A DNA stretch of 61,297 nucleotides from the IMG/VR virus record IMGVR_UViG_3300033153_004916, positions 1 through 61,297 of that record. One strand, given 5' to 3'. Under the pieces are notes generated by a model. That model was not told where the DNA came from, searched no databases, and saw nothing but the letters and a program-made list of their open reading frames with translations. Both the position numbers and the translations under genes were made by a program. Shown piece by piece: positions 8,335 through 16,803 of this stretch; position 1 is the stretch's first letter; each line of letters begins with the position of its first letter. This DNA is from a virus (Duplodnaviria > Caudoviricetes).

Positions 8335-8509
8335 TATACGTTCCCGCTGATGGAATTGATGGATACGAAGAGTTCGACATCTGAATGGTGCGCATCAATT
8401 CAATGCGTCTTTTAAGAACCACACAGGGAAAGATGTTCGCATCTTCGTAGTATCCGAATAGCGCTCGATTTTATCCGTAGTATCTCGCTCTCATCAGTAT
8501 CGGGGTATA
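8335..8509 (-). ncRNA. Intergenic BHB motif 2 enclosing a 158-nt structured insert
   Basis: Minus strand TATAC-CCCG-ATA-CTGATG...CATCAG-CGGG-AAC-GTATA, all pairs Watson-Crick. Confidence 0.75.
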
Positions 8510-8518
8510 GATTCTTTT

Positions 8519-8929
8519 CTAGAACACCATCCCTTCACCAACTTTTGGTCCAAAAGCTAGCGCTTTCAGCTCTTTTCGCGTGAGTTTCTTCTCTTTCGCA
8601 GGCGCTTTATATGGCGCAGGCGGTGGACCGTCAACCCACATATCATCCATCTCGTCAAGATATAGCAAATGATATGGCGTTTGTGCATCAAATCTCATCG
8701 AGTGCGCATGATCTTCGCAGTAATATCCGCCAGTCTCTTTGACTCGCACGAGCGCCACGGTGCCGCATTTGCGCGTTGGCGCTTCCAATATTTCGCAGGT
8801 TGCGCACACGCGGATATTCTTTTTCGATTCGGCGCGCAGATTGCACGCCTCGCACTTTGCCCTCTTTTGCGCGTCAGCAATTACGCTAACCCGACATTTA
8901 TGCTTCGGTGTTCCCGTCATTTTCTTCAT
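8519..8929 (-). CDS. Cys-rich zinc-binding protein
   Basis: CEAC, CATC, C..YCEDH; AGGAG SD. Confidence 0.65.
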   Translation of the reverse strand: MKKMTGTPKHKCRVSVIADAQKRAKCEACNLRAESKKNIRVCATCEILEAPTRKCGTVALVRVKETGGYYCEDHAHSMRFDAQTPYHLLYLDEMDDMWVDGPPPAPYKAPAKEKKLTRKELKALAFGPKVGEGMVF

Positions 8930-9638
8930 TCTCCTTCTTTGCTATTTTTTCGCGGTAGCGTTCAATGTCCTTCAGAACCCGCTCAACTTCTTTCGCAAGT
9001 TCGTCAAGGTTGTTCGCATTCATAAAAGGAATACGCACCGCATCTTCTGATGTGCTCCAGATTTCTATTTCAGAATCTGTTACAAAAGTCATAAGCTCCG
9101 TGTTTTTCGGTAAGTCTTCGAAGCGCCCAACCCACTCTGAAATCATCTTTAAGTCTTTGGCGATAGAAAACGCGAGTTCATATGATCTTTTGGATAACTT
9201 GTCCCAGTCATCCGAGCGATTAACTGAAGGATAGCGTATAGAAACCTCGATTGGTTTGGCGTTTTCGCTATCGCTACCCATTAGTTTATCAATATAAAAT
9301 TCGTATGCGTTTGGCGATGAATTTGTTTCTATTCTCATGACACCTTTCTCAATGATAAAGTAAAATACGTTTTCGAATTTCTTTATTTCTGCGCGCTTCG
9401 CATTAACTAACGATATTTCGAACGTATTCTCATCTCTATCTTCATCTAGCACAACGCACCGTTCCTTTTCCATCGTGAAAAAGTCGCAATACTTTGGTCT
9501 ATCTTCGCCTTCGGCGCATAAAAGATCTACACGACCCGATTTCATTATGCGCATGCGCAAAACATCGCCCGTGATAATTTTATCAATAGGCGCAAGTGCG
9601 CTGGTGCTTTCGATCTTTTCTATTTCCATTCTTAGCAT
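8898..9638 (-). CDS. Hypothetical protein
   Basis: 246-aa ORF, GAGG SD. Confidence 0.75.
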   Translation of the reverse strand: MLRMEIEKIESTSALAPIDKIITGDVLRMRIMKSGRVDLLCAEGEDRPKYCDFFTMEKERCVVLDEDRDENTFEISLVNAKRAEIKKFENVFYFIIEKGVMRIETNSSPNAYEFYIDKLMGSDSENAKPIEVSIRYPSVNRSDDWDKLSKRSYELAFSIAKDLKMISEWVGRFEDLPKNTELMTFVTDSEIEIWSTSEDAVRIPFMNANNLDELAKEVERVLKDIERYREKIAKKENEENDGNTEA

Positions 9639-9656
9639 AGTATTTCCTCATAGTTT

Positions 9657-9741
9657 TAGCGTGGGCGGCATTATGCAAACGGAGCGCGATGAAGGAGTTA
9701 GATCGCACATATTAAACCGTTCCATAATGCTATCGCCGCTA
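9657..9741 (-). ncRNA. Intergenic BHB motif 3 enclosing a 70-nt hairpin insert
   Basis: Minus strand TAGC-GGCG-ATA-GCATTATG...CATAATGC-CGCC-CAC-GCTA. Confidence 0.75.
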
Positions 9742-9751
9742 TGTGTTTTTC

Positions 9752-10144
9752 TTAGGCTGCCATACATTGTTCGAGCGCGCAAATTATACCCAAATCGTAT
9801 CTTATATAAGTAGGCGCGTTTTCTATTGTATTCCCGATATTTTCCGCGAACGCTTCTCCATCTAACATAACTTGGAGATCATCTTTAAAGAGTATTGCGC
9901 GCCGAACAGCATCCGAAACGCAAATCTCTTCAACGGCAATGCGCTTAATAGTCTTATCTGTTTTCGCGTATTTGATTATTTCTAAACCAACTTGCTCCCA
10001 GCCTTTCTCTGTGAAATAAAAGCGCGCAGTTGCACAACGGCGCTCTGGAGCATCCATGCCATTCTCACACATTATACCGCCAAATGCACTTCCAATATGC
10101 ATACGCTTATTATTGCCTCTCCACATTTGTATGCGCCGAAACAT
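9752..10144 (-). CDS. Hypothetical protein
   Basis: Start MFRRIQ with GGAGG SD; ARFYFTEKGW. Confidence 0.65.
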   Translation of the reverse strand: MFRRIQMWRGNNKRMHIGSAFGGIMCENGMDAPERRCATARFYFTEKGWEQVGLEIIKYAKTDKTIKRIAVEEICVSDAVRRAILFKDDLQVMLDGEAFAENIGNTIENAPTYIRYDLGIICALEQCMAA

Positions 10145-10148
10145 ATTC

Positions 10149-10667
10149 TTATCCTCCGAATAGTTCAAACTGTCGGCGATAGCGCCCCGTTCCAAACTCG
10201 CGTATTCGCCAATTGCAGAAATCGGCGCCCTGACTAAATCGTATTCCAGGTCCGCTAACAAAATATGCAACCCTGAATTCAGATGGCGCACCATCGCAGT
10301 TGTGTTGTTCAGTAAAGATTGTCATATCCATATGATTTCCAATATCTATATGAAGCGTTCGGCAAAGATATTTGACATCGCGCTCGCCGTTGCGCTCGCT
10401 TCCGTGGAAGCGGATGTTCAACTCTTTGTCAAAGTTATGCCATTCTTGCGCCATTAAACCATTGTAGAATTTACGCAAAGCTTCGAGATTCAATTTCTTT
10501 ATAGCATCTATTATGACGCCAGATTTCCCTTTTCCGATTATCGCAAGAATTCGCGTATGAAATAGCTTTTCGCGATAGAATAACTCTAAGAAATTGCATC
10601 GGAAATCGTTAGGACAATTTATATCTTGCGCTTTTGGGCAAAGGTATGTCGTGAATTCGCTAGTCAT
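10149..10667 (-). CDS. Hypothetical protein
   Basis: Packed ORF. Confidence 0.6.
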   Translation of the reverse strand: MTSEFTTYLCPKAQDINCPNDFRCNFLELFYREKLFHTRILAIIGKGKSGVIIDAIKKLNLEALRKFYNGLMAQEWHNFDKELNIRFHGSERNGERDVKYLCRTLHIDIGNHMDMTIFTEQHNCDGAPSEFRVAYFVSGPGIRFSQGADFCNWRIREFGTGRYRRQFELFGG

Positions 10668-10777
10668 TCTAACACATCCGTATCATCTATATCATACATT
10701 TTATTGCAATTTTCGCATAATAGCGATTCGGGATTGACTTGGCGCAGAAAATCACCACAAACAGGACATCCGCTCAT
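10664..10777 (-). CDS. 37-aa zinc-ribbon microprotein (not in ORF track)
   Basis: MSGCPVCG..LCENCNK; ATGA overlaps at both ends. Confidence 0.65.
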   Translation of the reverse strand: MSGCPVCGDFLRQVNPESLLCENCNKMYDIDDTDVLE

Positions 10778-11046
10778 TCTTTCGCCTCCACATCATCCGT
10801 GAATGCTGGCGCAAAATCGAGCATAAACCACGCAACTTCTTTTGTGCACTGATATTTTGACCAGTCCGTATTCTTGCGCAAATATTCGATTGCCCAATCA
10901 TAATACTCATTGTATTCCGCGAGCGTCCATCTGAGTTTCTCCCACTCTTCTTGTGCGCCTTTCTGCGTGTGATCGAAGTCGGGCCATTTGGCGAACATTT
11001 TTTCGATGAGCGCCAGGCCCAATTTCTTTTTCTCTTCTGAATCCAT
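10774..11046 (-). CDS. Hypothetical protein
   Basis: Packed ORF. Confidence 0.65.
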   Translation of the reverse strand: MDSEEKKKLGLALIEKMFAKWPDFDHTQKGAQEEWEKLRWTLAEYNEYYDWAIEYLRKNTDWSKYQCTKEVAWFMLDFAPAFTDDVEAKE

Positions 11047-11274
11047 TTACTGCATCTCCAGAAAGTCTTTTGTGCTTTGCATTTGTTCAAGCATTTCGCT
11101 TTGCGAAATCGCTTCACTCTTTTCAAAAATGAGTTCAAGTTTCACATTGCCATGTATAGTTTCCCATCCTTTCATGGCGCCAACGCAAATAAGAATCTTT
11201 TCGAATGCCGCAAGTTCTTCAAGAGTATCGAAACTCCAAACTATGCGCGTATCGTCCATTTCAACTATTTCCAT
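11047..11274 (-). CDS. Hypothetical protein
   Basis: Start MEIVEMDD with GGAGG SD. Confidence 0.6.
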   Translation of the reverse strand: MEIVEMDDTRIVWSFDTLEELAAFEKILICVGAMKGWETIHGNVKLELIFEKSEAISQSEMLEQMQSTKDFLEMQ

Positions 11275-11546
11275 ATGCGCAGCCTCCCCGCTTTCTTTGA
11301 AGCAATTGGCATCGTGCCTTCGCCTTCGCATTCGCAAGAAATATTTTGTCCGCCACACGCTGGGCACTTTTCCTGGTCGCAGTTTTCGTGATGGAAATTA
11401 CCACGCTGCGCACCACAATCTGGGCAGGGCGTAGTATCCACAAGAATTCTAGCGAACACTTTTCCATTTTCAAGTCTGACCTGCGATATTCTACAACCTG
11501 GCGCGGTTTCCATATCTAAACCACACCCTGAACATAAAGCGCACAT
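11265..11546 (-). CDS. Cys/His-rich zinc-binding protein
   Basis: CSGC..CPDCG..HHENCDQEKCPACGGQNISCEC. Confidence 0.7.
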   Translation of the reverse strand: MCALCSGCGLDMETAPGCRISQVRLENGKVFARILVDTTPCPDCGAQRGNFHHENCDQEKCPACGGQNISCECEGEGTMPIASKKAGRLRIWK

Positions 11547-11547
11547 C

Positions 11548-11769
11548 TTAGCCACTCTCCTCGGCATGAACGCTGACCATAGATCCGCTCGCCGATTTGA
11601 CAAACGCATCGTCCCAGCCACAACAGTCGCAGATTACATCGCTAAGTTCTTCTATGACTTCATTGTCGTCATCTTTGCACGCATCACACATATGAAGATA
11701 GACTTCTGTGTATCTATTTCGCACAAGATACATCTTTCGGCGCCCAAGTCCATCACTCATCTTCGTCAC
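11548..11769 (-). CDS. Small Cys-rich protein
   Basis: CDAC..CDCC. Confidence 0.6.
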   Translation of the reverse strand: MTKMSDGLGRRKMYLVRNRYTEVYLHMCDACKDDDNEVIEELSDVICDCCGWDDAFVKSASGSMVSVHAEESG

Positions 11770-12103
11770 TCTCCTCGATTATGGGGTATCCGCCATCGCT
11801 TAATTCAATGGTCGCATCCTCATCCCAGCGCTCCGGGGTTTCGTCCTCACAAGTGAGAGCGTATCTGCTCGCGTTACCATCTTCGCTGTTGAAAGCGCAA
11901 GATACTGATCCATATGTTCCGAAATCGTGCGGACTCCAGACAATATGGAGACGCGCTCCATCTGGTTCTTCGCCAAACACTCTGCGCAATTGATGAATAA
12001 ACGCGCGCATTTCAACATTGGATCTCTCGACATAATTGTCGCATCCAAGTTGAGCGCCCCGTTCATCGCAGGGTGCTGACCCAATATACATTTCGTCTTT
12101 CAT
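11753..12103 (-). CDS. Hypothetical protein
   Basis: IGSAPCDE..HDFGTY..PERWD; AAGGAG SD. Confidence 0.7.
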   Translation of the reverse strand: MKDEMYIGSAPCDERGAQLGCDNYVERSNVEMRAFIHQLRRVFGEEPDGARLHIVWSPHDFGTYGSVSCAFNSEDGNASRYALTCEDETPERWDEDATIELSDGGYPIIEESDEDE

Positions 12104-12106
12104 ATT

Positions 12107-12631
12107 TTATTTCTCCTTCTTATTTTTGTCATTAGCGTGTGCATCGGCTTCTCGAAAGAGCCATGCGCTGTGTGAATGACCGCAAAGTTGTAATGCCTGC
12201 GCCGTTGTCGGAAACGGCACTGGGCGATAATCCCAGTTTTCTACACTGAAATTGATCGCGGGAATGTCCGCAAAAATCGGACGGTGAGATAAGATATAAG
12301 CTTCTTTGATAATAAGATAATCTCGATATACTTCTGCAAAGCCGTTTTCGCACCAATCATTGGTTGTCTGCCCGCGCCACTTATCGTGATTGCCCATAAT
12401 AAGTATTTTATATCCGTTAAGTTGTTCCAGAAGATCGCGCTTGCGTTCCCTGGTAGCGAGTGCGAAGTCGCCAAGATGATAAATCACATCGCCATTCTTG
12501 ACAACTTTGTTCCAATTTGCGACCATTATAGCGTCCATTTCTTCAACACTAGCAAAAGGACGCGCCTCGTACGCTTCCTCTAGCATGCGTGTATGCCCGA
12601 AATGGGTATCAGATATTACATATTTTGCCAT
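12107..12631 (-). CDS. Calcineurin-like metallophosphoesterase
   Basis: SDTHFGH, LGD, GNHD, SHRP, GHSH motifs. Confidence 0.9.
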   Translation of the reverse strand: MAKYVISDTHFGHTRMLEEAYEARPFASVEEMDAIMVANWNKVVKNGDVIYHLGDFALATRERKRDLLEQLNGYKILIMGNHDKWRGQTTNDWCENGFAEVYRDYLIIKEAYILSHRPIFADIPAINFSVENWDYRPVPFPTTAQALQLCGHSHSAWLFREADAHANDKNKKEK

Positions 12632-12657
12632 ATTTGTCGCTCCTTCTTAAAGGTAAC

Positions 12658-12730
12658 ACTGATTCTGGATTTCAACCAGAACCAGTCATTGAGAGTTGAG
12701 CGCTAGGCGGACAGCAACCGCCCAGCGCTC
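12658..12730 (-). other. Two intergenic RNA hairpins
   Basis: 13-bp stem at 12698-12730 and 11-bp stem with TTGAAAT loop at 12658-12686; G-U pairs work only on the minus strand. Confidence 0.55.
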
Positions 12731-12763
12731 TGAGGTGTTTCTATGATAGGATTTAGCGCTAGA

Positions 12764-12964
12764 TTATTTTTTCATTTCTCTCCTTCGCGCAGTTTGAAAT
12801 ATGTCTGCCATAGTTCCCTCGGTTTCTTCCTCGCCACTATTACTATGTAGCGATGAATCCCCATTCAGCAATCCAACGCTGGCGAGAAGTTTGGTTATTC
12901 TGCGCAATTCTTCTTCGTTTTCTTCGTGCATATAACCAACTTTGATTGAGAGATAGTTACTCAT
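12764..12964 (-). CDS. Hypothetical protein
   Basis: GGAGG SD, ATGA overlap. Confidence 0.6.
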   Translation of the reverse strand: MSNYLSIKVGYMHEENEEELRRITKLLASVGLLNGDSSLHSNSGEEETEGTMADIFQTARRREMKK

Positions 12965-13197
12965 TTTTGCGCCTCCTTCTTGTTCTCTGGCTCGCGGTTT
13001 ACCACAGAGACTTCTTCATTGCAGAATGAACATACAGGATGTGCGCCAGATCGTGTTACCTGCGCTCCGATGTGCTCGTTCGCACCCTTTTTCACGCAAA
13101 TACTACACACAAAACTGTGTGCAATGCGCCTTGTCTTGATCGCCGCGCTTCCGCACAGCGCATTCCAGAAATAAATTTTCCGTCCCAAGTTTTTCAC
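12961..13197 (-). CDS. Small zinc-finger protein
   Basis: CSIC..CSFC. Confidence 0.6.
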   Translation of the reverse strand: MKNLGRKIYFWNALCGSAAIKTRRIAHSFVCSICVKKGANEHIGAQVTRSGAHPVCSFCNEEVSVVNREPENKKEAQK

Positions 13198-13442
13198 GCT
13201 CCTTCTTCATTTTCTTTCTTGATCCACAGAATTGCGCTCTGCGGTGCGCTTGATGTTATGATATGCATTCTTTCGGGAGTTAGGCGCTTGTTCGACATTG
13301 TGTTGAAGAACATAAAACAATGCGCTCCATCTACAGCGTCATCTCCAACGAGCAAGTTGGCGACTGCGCTCTCCACTAATTCCATTTCATCTGGTCTGGC
13401 TATCGCTGAAACTTTCATTTTAATCACCTTTCTACGCTTCAT
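13194..13442 (-). CDS. Hypothetical protein
   Basis: Packed ORF. Confidence 0.55.
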   Translation of the reverse strand: MKRRKVIKMKVSAIARPDEMELVESAVANLLVGDDAVDGAHCFMFFNTMSNKRLTPERMHIITSSAPQSAILWIKKENEEGA

Positions 13443-14501
13443 TTACTCGCTAGATTCTGCGTTCCCAGATAACATAGCGCGCAAATCGGAAAGTGCCGCC
13501 TGTTTTAGCGCTGTTTTTCCTTTGGTTGATGTGCGCTTAGTTGTCTGTCCGTTCGTGGCGCGAACTTCAGCACGATGTTCCCGTGCTTCTTCGTCTTGTT
13601 CTGCCCGTTTTGCGCGCAGAATTAGTTCTTCAAGTCTGCGCTCCTCCTCCCAGGTGGACATTGCGCTGTTCCACCATTCTACATTGTGCCAATGGTCGGG
13701 AACTATGCGCATATCCAATTCTATGCGCTCAGCATTCAGGAACATATCAAGAAATCCCCAGATGCTCGGCGCCATATCTAGCTCGTATTCTGGATTGTAA
13801 AAGTCATCGCCGAAGATTTCCACGCGCCTCTCTATCATTCCGCCTTCGAATGTGTCAAGCAGCGCGTCAAGAGAAAAGTCGCGCCTTTCGAAAGGTCTAT
13901 CGTAGTTTTTAGCTTCAGCGTAAGCGATACGCAGCATTGACTTCGCAGTCGCGGGTTCTACATTATACATTGAGCGCTCATTGTGGAGCACAACAACTTC
14001 GCCAGTTTTTGGGGATATCCACGTTTCGTTCGTCAGCTGCTCAAATTCCAAATCTATAAGTGCGCCTCGAATATGGCGGGGATTGACCGCTGTAAGTTTA
14101 AGTCTGTCGCTGTAACCAATTTCTGGCGACAAAAAGACCTGATAGCGCTGAGTGTTGCTCGGAGAAGCACGAATTAGCGCTTCCATTCGAGTGAATTCGT
14201 TATGTTTAACCTGGCGTTTTCGCCGTTTCTGAGCACGAATTCTTTTTCTTTCTGTAATAATCTGCGCCTCTCGGGCAATCTCTATTGAGCGCTGCTCCAT
14301 CTCCTCAAAAAATGCGTCAGATACAGCTTTTGCGCTAAGCGTCTTTCCAGTATTACCTTTAAGCGATATCGAATGCGCTATCGCTTCGCTGTTAATGGTA
14401 AACTGATAATCGGCGCTTGCGCACTCTGAACCGTCAAATATCAGATTTGGCGCTTGTATTTGCGCCTCAATTGGCGCGTCAGTTTCTGTTTTTCCGTTCA
14501 T
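13443..14501 (-). CDS. Hypothetical protein, first gene of the left operon
   Basis: 352-aa ORF, GAGGT SD, TATA box upstream. Confidence 0.75.
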   Translation of the reverse strand: MNGKTETDAPIEAQIQAPNLIFDGSECASADYQFTINSEAIAHSISLKGNTGKTLSAKAVSDAFFEEMEQRSIEIAREAQIITERKRIRAQKRRKRQVKHNEFTRMEALIRASPSNTQRYQVFLSPEIGYSDRLKLTAVNPRHIRGALIDLEFEQLTNETWISPKTGEVVVLHNERSMYNVEPATAKSMLRIAYAEAKNYDRPFERRDFSLDALLDTFEGGMIERRVEIFGDDFYNPEYELDMAPSIWGFLDMFLNAERIELDMRIVPDHWHNVEWWNSAMSTWEEERRLEELILRAKRAEQDEEAREHRAEVRATNGQTTKRTSTKGKTALKQAALSDLRAMLSGNAESSE

Positions 14502-14536
14502 AGCTTAACCTCTTAATCAGGATATAGGACTATACG

Positions 14537-14546
14537 TATATAAAGC
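14537..14546 (-). promoter_or_regulatory. Archaeal TATA box for the left operon
   Basis: GCTTTATATA on minus strand about 40 nt upstream of ATG 14501. Confidence 0.55.
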
Positions 14547-15324
14547 CTACTAAATCCAAAGCTATCGCTCAAATTGGCGCGCGCTTTCTGTGACTTTTTC
14601 GCTGTGCGCTGAGCGCGGCGCGGATCTGTTCTTGGTATTTTCACCCATACCCTAATGATTTTTTCTTTTTGGCGCGGAAGTTGGCGCTCAAAGATCGTAT
14701 GAGGGAGAGCGCTAGCTCGACCGAATGGGGCAATGCAATGCGCAATGCATAGCGTTATTCTATGCGCTGAGCGATAAATGACTGTCATATATGAGCAAGT
14801 CCTTTAAACAGAACAGCAACACAATGCGCTATACGTATAGTATATACATATAAGCAGAACGTATCCGCGAATCATAAGGCAAAATGAATATGCAGAACGT
14901 ATGAGGGATTGTGGCGCATAGGATATATCTTCTCGGCAGCGCTCTCTTTACTTTCTACACCATAGTCTGCCAATAAGTTTTGCGTTCTGGGTGGCATTTT
15001 TTCTGCATTTCGAGTTTTCGGAATGCACGTTCTCGGTGGCTCTCATAGTCTCGCTGTTTTGGGCGCAGATCGTGGCGCGGCGCTCGGTGACGCGCATCGC
15101 ATTGCATTCTGCGCACCATATATGCAGGGCATATCGGCTGCCTATACGCTGCGCGCTCTGCGGTGCGGTCTGTTGCGCGATTTGCTGTGCGATTTGCCGT
15201 GCGTATTTGCGGCGCGTGTTCTCGGTGCGCTTCTCGGTGAAGTTCAGGGACATTTCGGCGCAGGGCGATGCGCAGAAGATCGCGCACATCTTGGCGCAGG
15301 GTTGTGCATTATGTCCACACATCC

Positions 15325-15405
15325 AAAGCTTTATATAGCCGCCTGCCTGCGCTCGGCGTGGCGCTAAAGCGGGCGCTCAATCCACGCATAAGAAGGTTTA
15401 TATAG
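15325..15405 (+). promoter_or_regulatory. Tandem BRE-TATA promoters
   Basis: AAAGCTTTATATAG at 15325 and GAAGGTTTATATAG at 15392. Confidence 0.6.
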
Positions 15406-15434
15406 TGGGGCGCTTATTAATGGCTGGCGATACT

Positions 15435-15746
15435 ATGAACGAAATAGACGAACTAATAAAAGATATGGAGAGCGTGATAAAGCGCTTAGATGCCGACATA
15501 ATACGCAATGCGGAATATACCCATAAATGCTTAGAAAATGGCAAAATAGATTTAGCTATCGAACTTGACGACTTAGTCGGGCGCGATACAATCGCAAAGA
15601 GAAAATTACAGGCGCAATTATTGATAACAAAAGAGATAAAAGCGCGCAAGCGCCGAACACAGCGCCCACCATCACAGGGTTTATATAGTATTAACACTCT
15701 AACAACTAATACGGCGAGCAAAGCCGAACCAAATAAAGGAACGTGA
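15435..15746 (+). CDS. Hypothetical protein
   Basis: Helical ORF directly downstream of TATA box. Confidence 0.6.
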   Translation: MNEIDELIKDMESVIKRLDADIIRNAEYTHKCLENGKIDLAIELDDLVGRDTIAKRKLQAQLLITKEIKARKRRTQRPPSQGLYSINTLTTNTASKAEPNKGT

Positions 15747-16189
15747 ATATAATGGCAAAAGGAAACGAAAAGCAGAACGACACACCCACAACCGAGAACA
15801 CCCCAGAAATAGAGAACAACGGCGTTAGCGATGCAATCGCAAGCCGTATAAAGTCGGGCGGAATGAAAGCCGACACAGTCCAGGAGATAGGCGCTATGAT
15901 AAGCATAGTGGCAAACCATACAGAGGTATTGCGCCTAAAGTCGATCATCTTTGAGGACAGCAAGAAGATAGATAGGCTCAGCAAAGTCTTTACGGAATCC
16001 CGCCTAACGGTTAAGGATTTCGAGCAGCTAACAGGCGCGCGGATAGTGGCTAATGCAACAACAAAGAACTTTGTTGCATCCCTCAAGAAGGGTTACAGCG
16101 GTGCTCTGTCCGAATCCCAGTTTAACGCATTGTTTAAGCTGGATAAAGAGATGGGTGAACAGGGTTGCCCCTGCGTCCACTACGATTAA
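15743..16189 (+). CDS. Hypothetical protein
   Basis: 148-aa ORF followed by a pyrimidine/T tract. Confidence 0.7.
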   Translation: MNIMAKGNEKQNDTPTTENTPEIENNGVSDAIASRIKSGGMKADTVQEIGAMISIVANHTEVLRLKSIIFEDSKKIDRLSKVFTESRLTVKDFEQLTGARIVANATTKNFVASLKKGYSGALSESQFNALFKLDKEMGEQGCPCVHYD

Positions 16190-16203
16190 GCCTGCCACCC
16201 AAA

Positions 16204-16221
16204 CCCCTTTCCATTTTTTTT
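16204..16221 (+). terminator. Oligo-T terminator
   Basis: CCCCTTTCCATTTTTTTT just after the stop. Confidence 0.55.
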
Positions 16222-16414
16222 GGCTATGCGTTTAACGATTGTTAAGACCTATCGTGACATAATGTCGTGATAATTGTCGTGATAGCTTGCTGGCCTCTTG
16301 CTGGTCTCTTGTGGGGCTACCCACCCAACGCCTTATACACACGCGCGAAAAGATCGGTTTACCCGTCTTAAGCGCCGGGAAAAAATTTTCATTTGAAAAC
16401 GGTAGCACGCAATA

Positions 16415-16479
16415 TGAGATGCCAATAAGTATAGCAAATTTGAGATGCCAATAAGTATAGCAAATTTGATCCGCCAATA
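16415..16479. repeat. 26-bp tandem direct repeat (two exact copies plus a partial copy)
   Basis: TGAGATGCCAATAAGTATAGCAAATT at 16415 and 16441; partial copies at 16467 and near 16521. Confidence 0.85.
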
Positions 16480-16512
16480 CGCATACCAGATATGCGACCC
16501 TATATGCCTTCC

Positions 16513-16803
16513 TTATAATAGAGATGCCAATAGTAAAATCGCAACGCCCCACGACATGCCACACAAATCGGCTAGCAGGTCTGCGGCGCATGCTTTCGGT
16601 GCGGCGTTCTTGTAAAGCATATCATAGCCTTCTTTGGCCACTGAGAGGAATACGGCCGCGAATATTCCGGTGACGGGTCCAAGTAGTAGGCCCACGCAGA
16701 CTGTGATTGCGAATACGGCGGCGATGTGCAGCTGTTTGTCGCGTGCAAGCCCTGTGGACTTGCCTCTCAGGCCGGGAACGTCGACTGTGAGATAGTTGCT
16801 CAT
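16513..16803 (-). CDS. Small membrane protein (DKxxH..KE..D..AD pattern)
   Basis: DKQLH, KEGYD, DLLAD with hydrophobic helices. Confidence 0.7.
   Translation of the reverse strand: MSNYLTVDVPGLRGKSTGLARDKQLHIAAVFAITVCVGLLLGPVTGIFAAVFLSVAKEGYDMLYKNAAPKACAADLLADLCGMSWGVAILLLASLL

Noticed and set aside
8440-8497. Hammerhead ribozyme (CTGATGA on minus strand)
   Set aside because: No stem II followed by GAAA; CTGATG is better explained as the BHB inner helix
14948-15367. Four overlapping 110-124 aa ORFs
   Set aside because: Low-complexity Arg/Ala/Cys translations on both strands with no SD; attributed to GC-rich repeats
16415-16535. CRISPR mini-array
   Set aside because: Repeats are directly adjacent with no unique spacers
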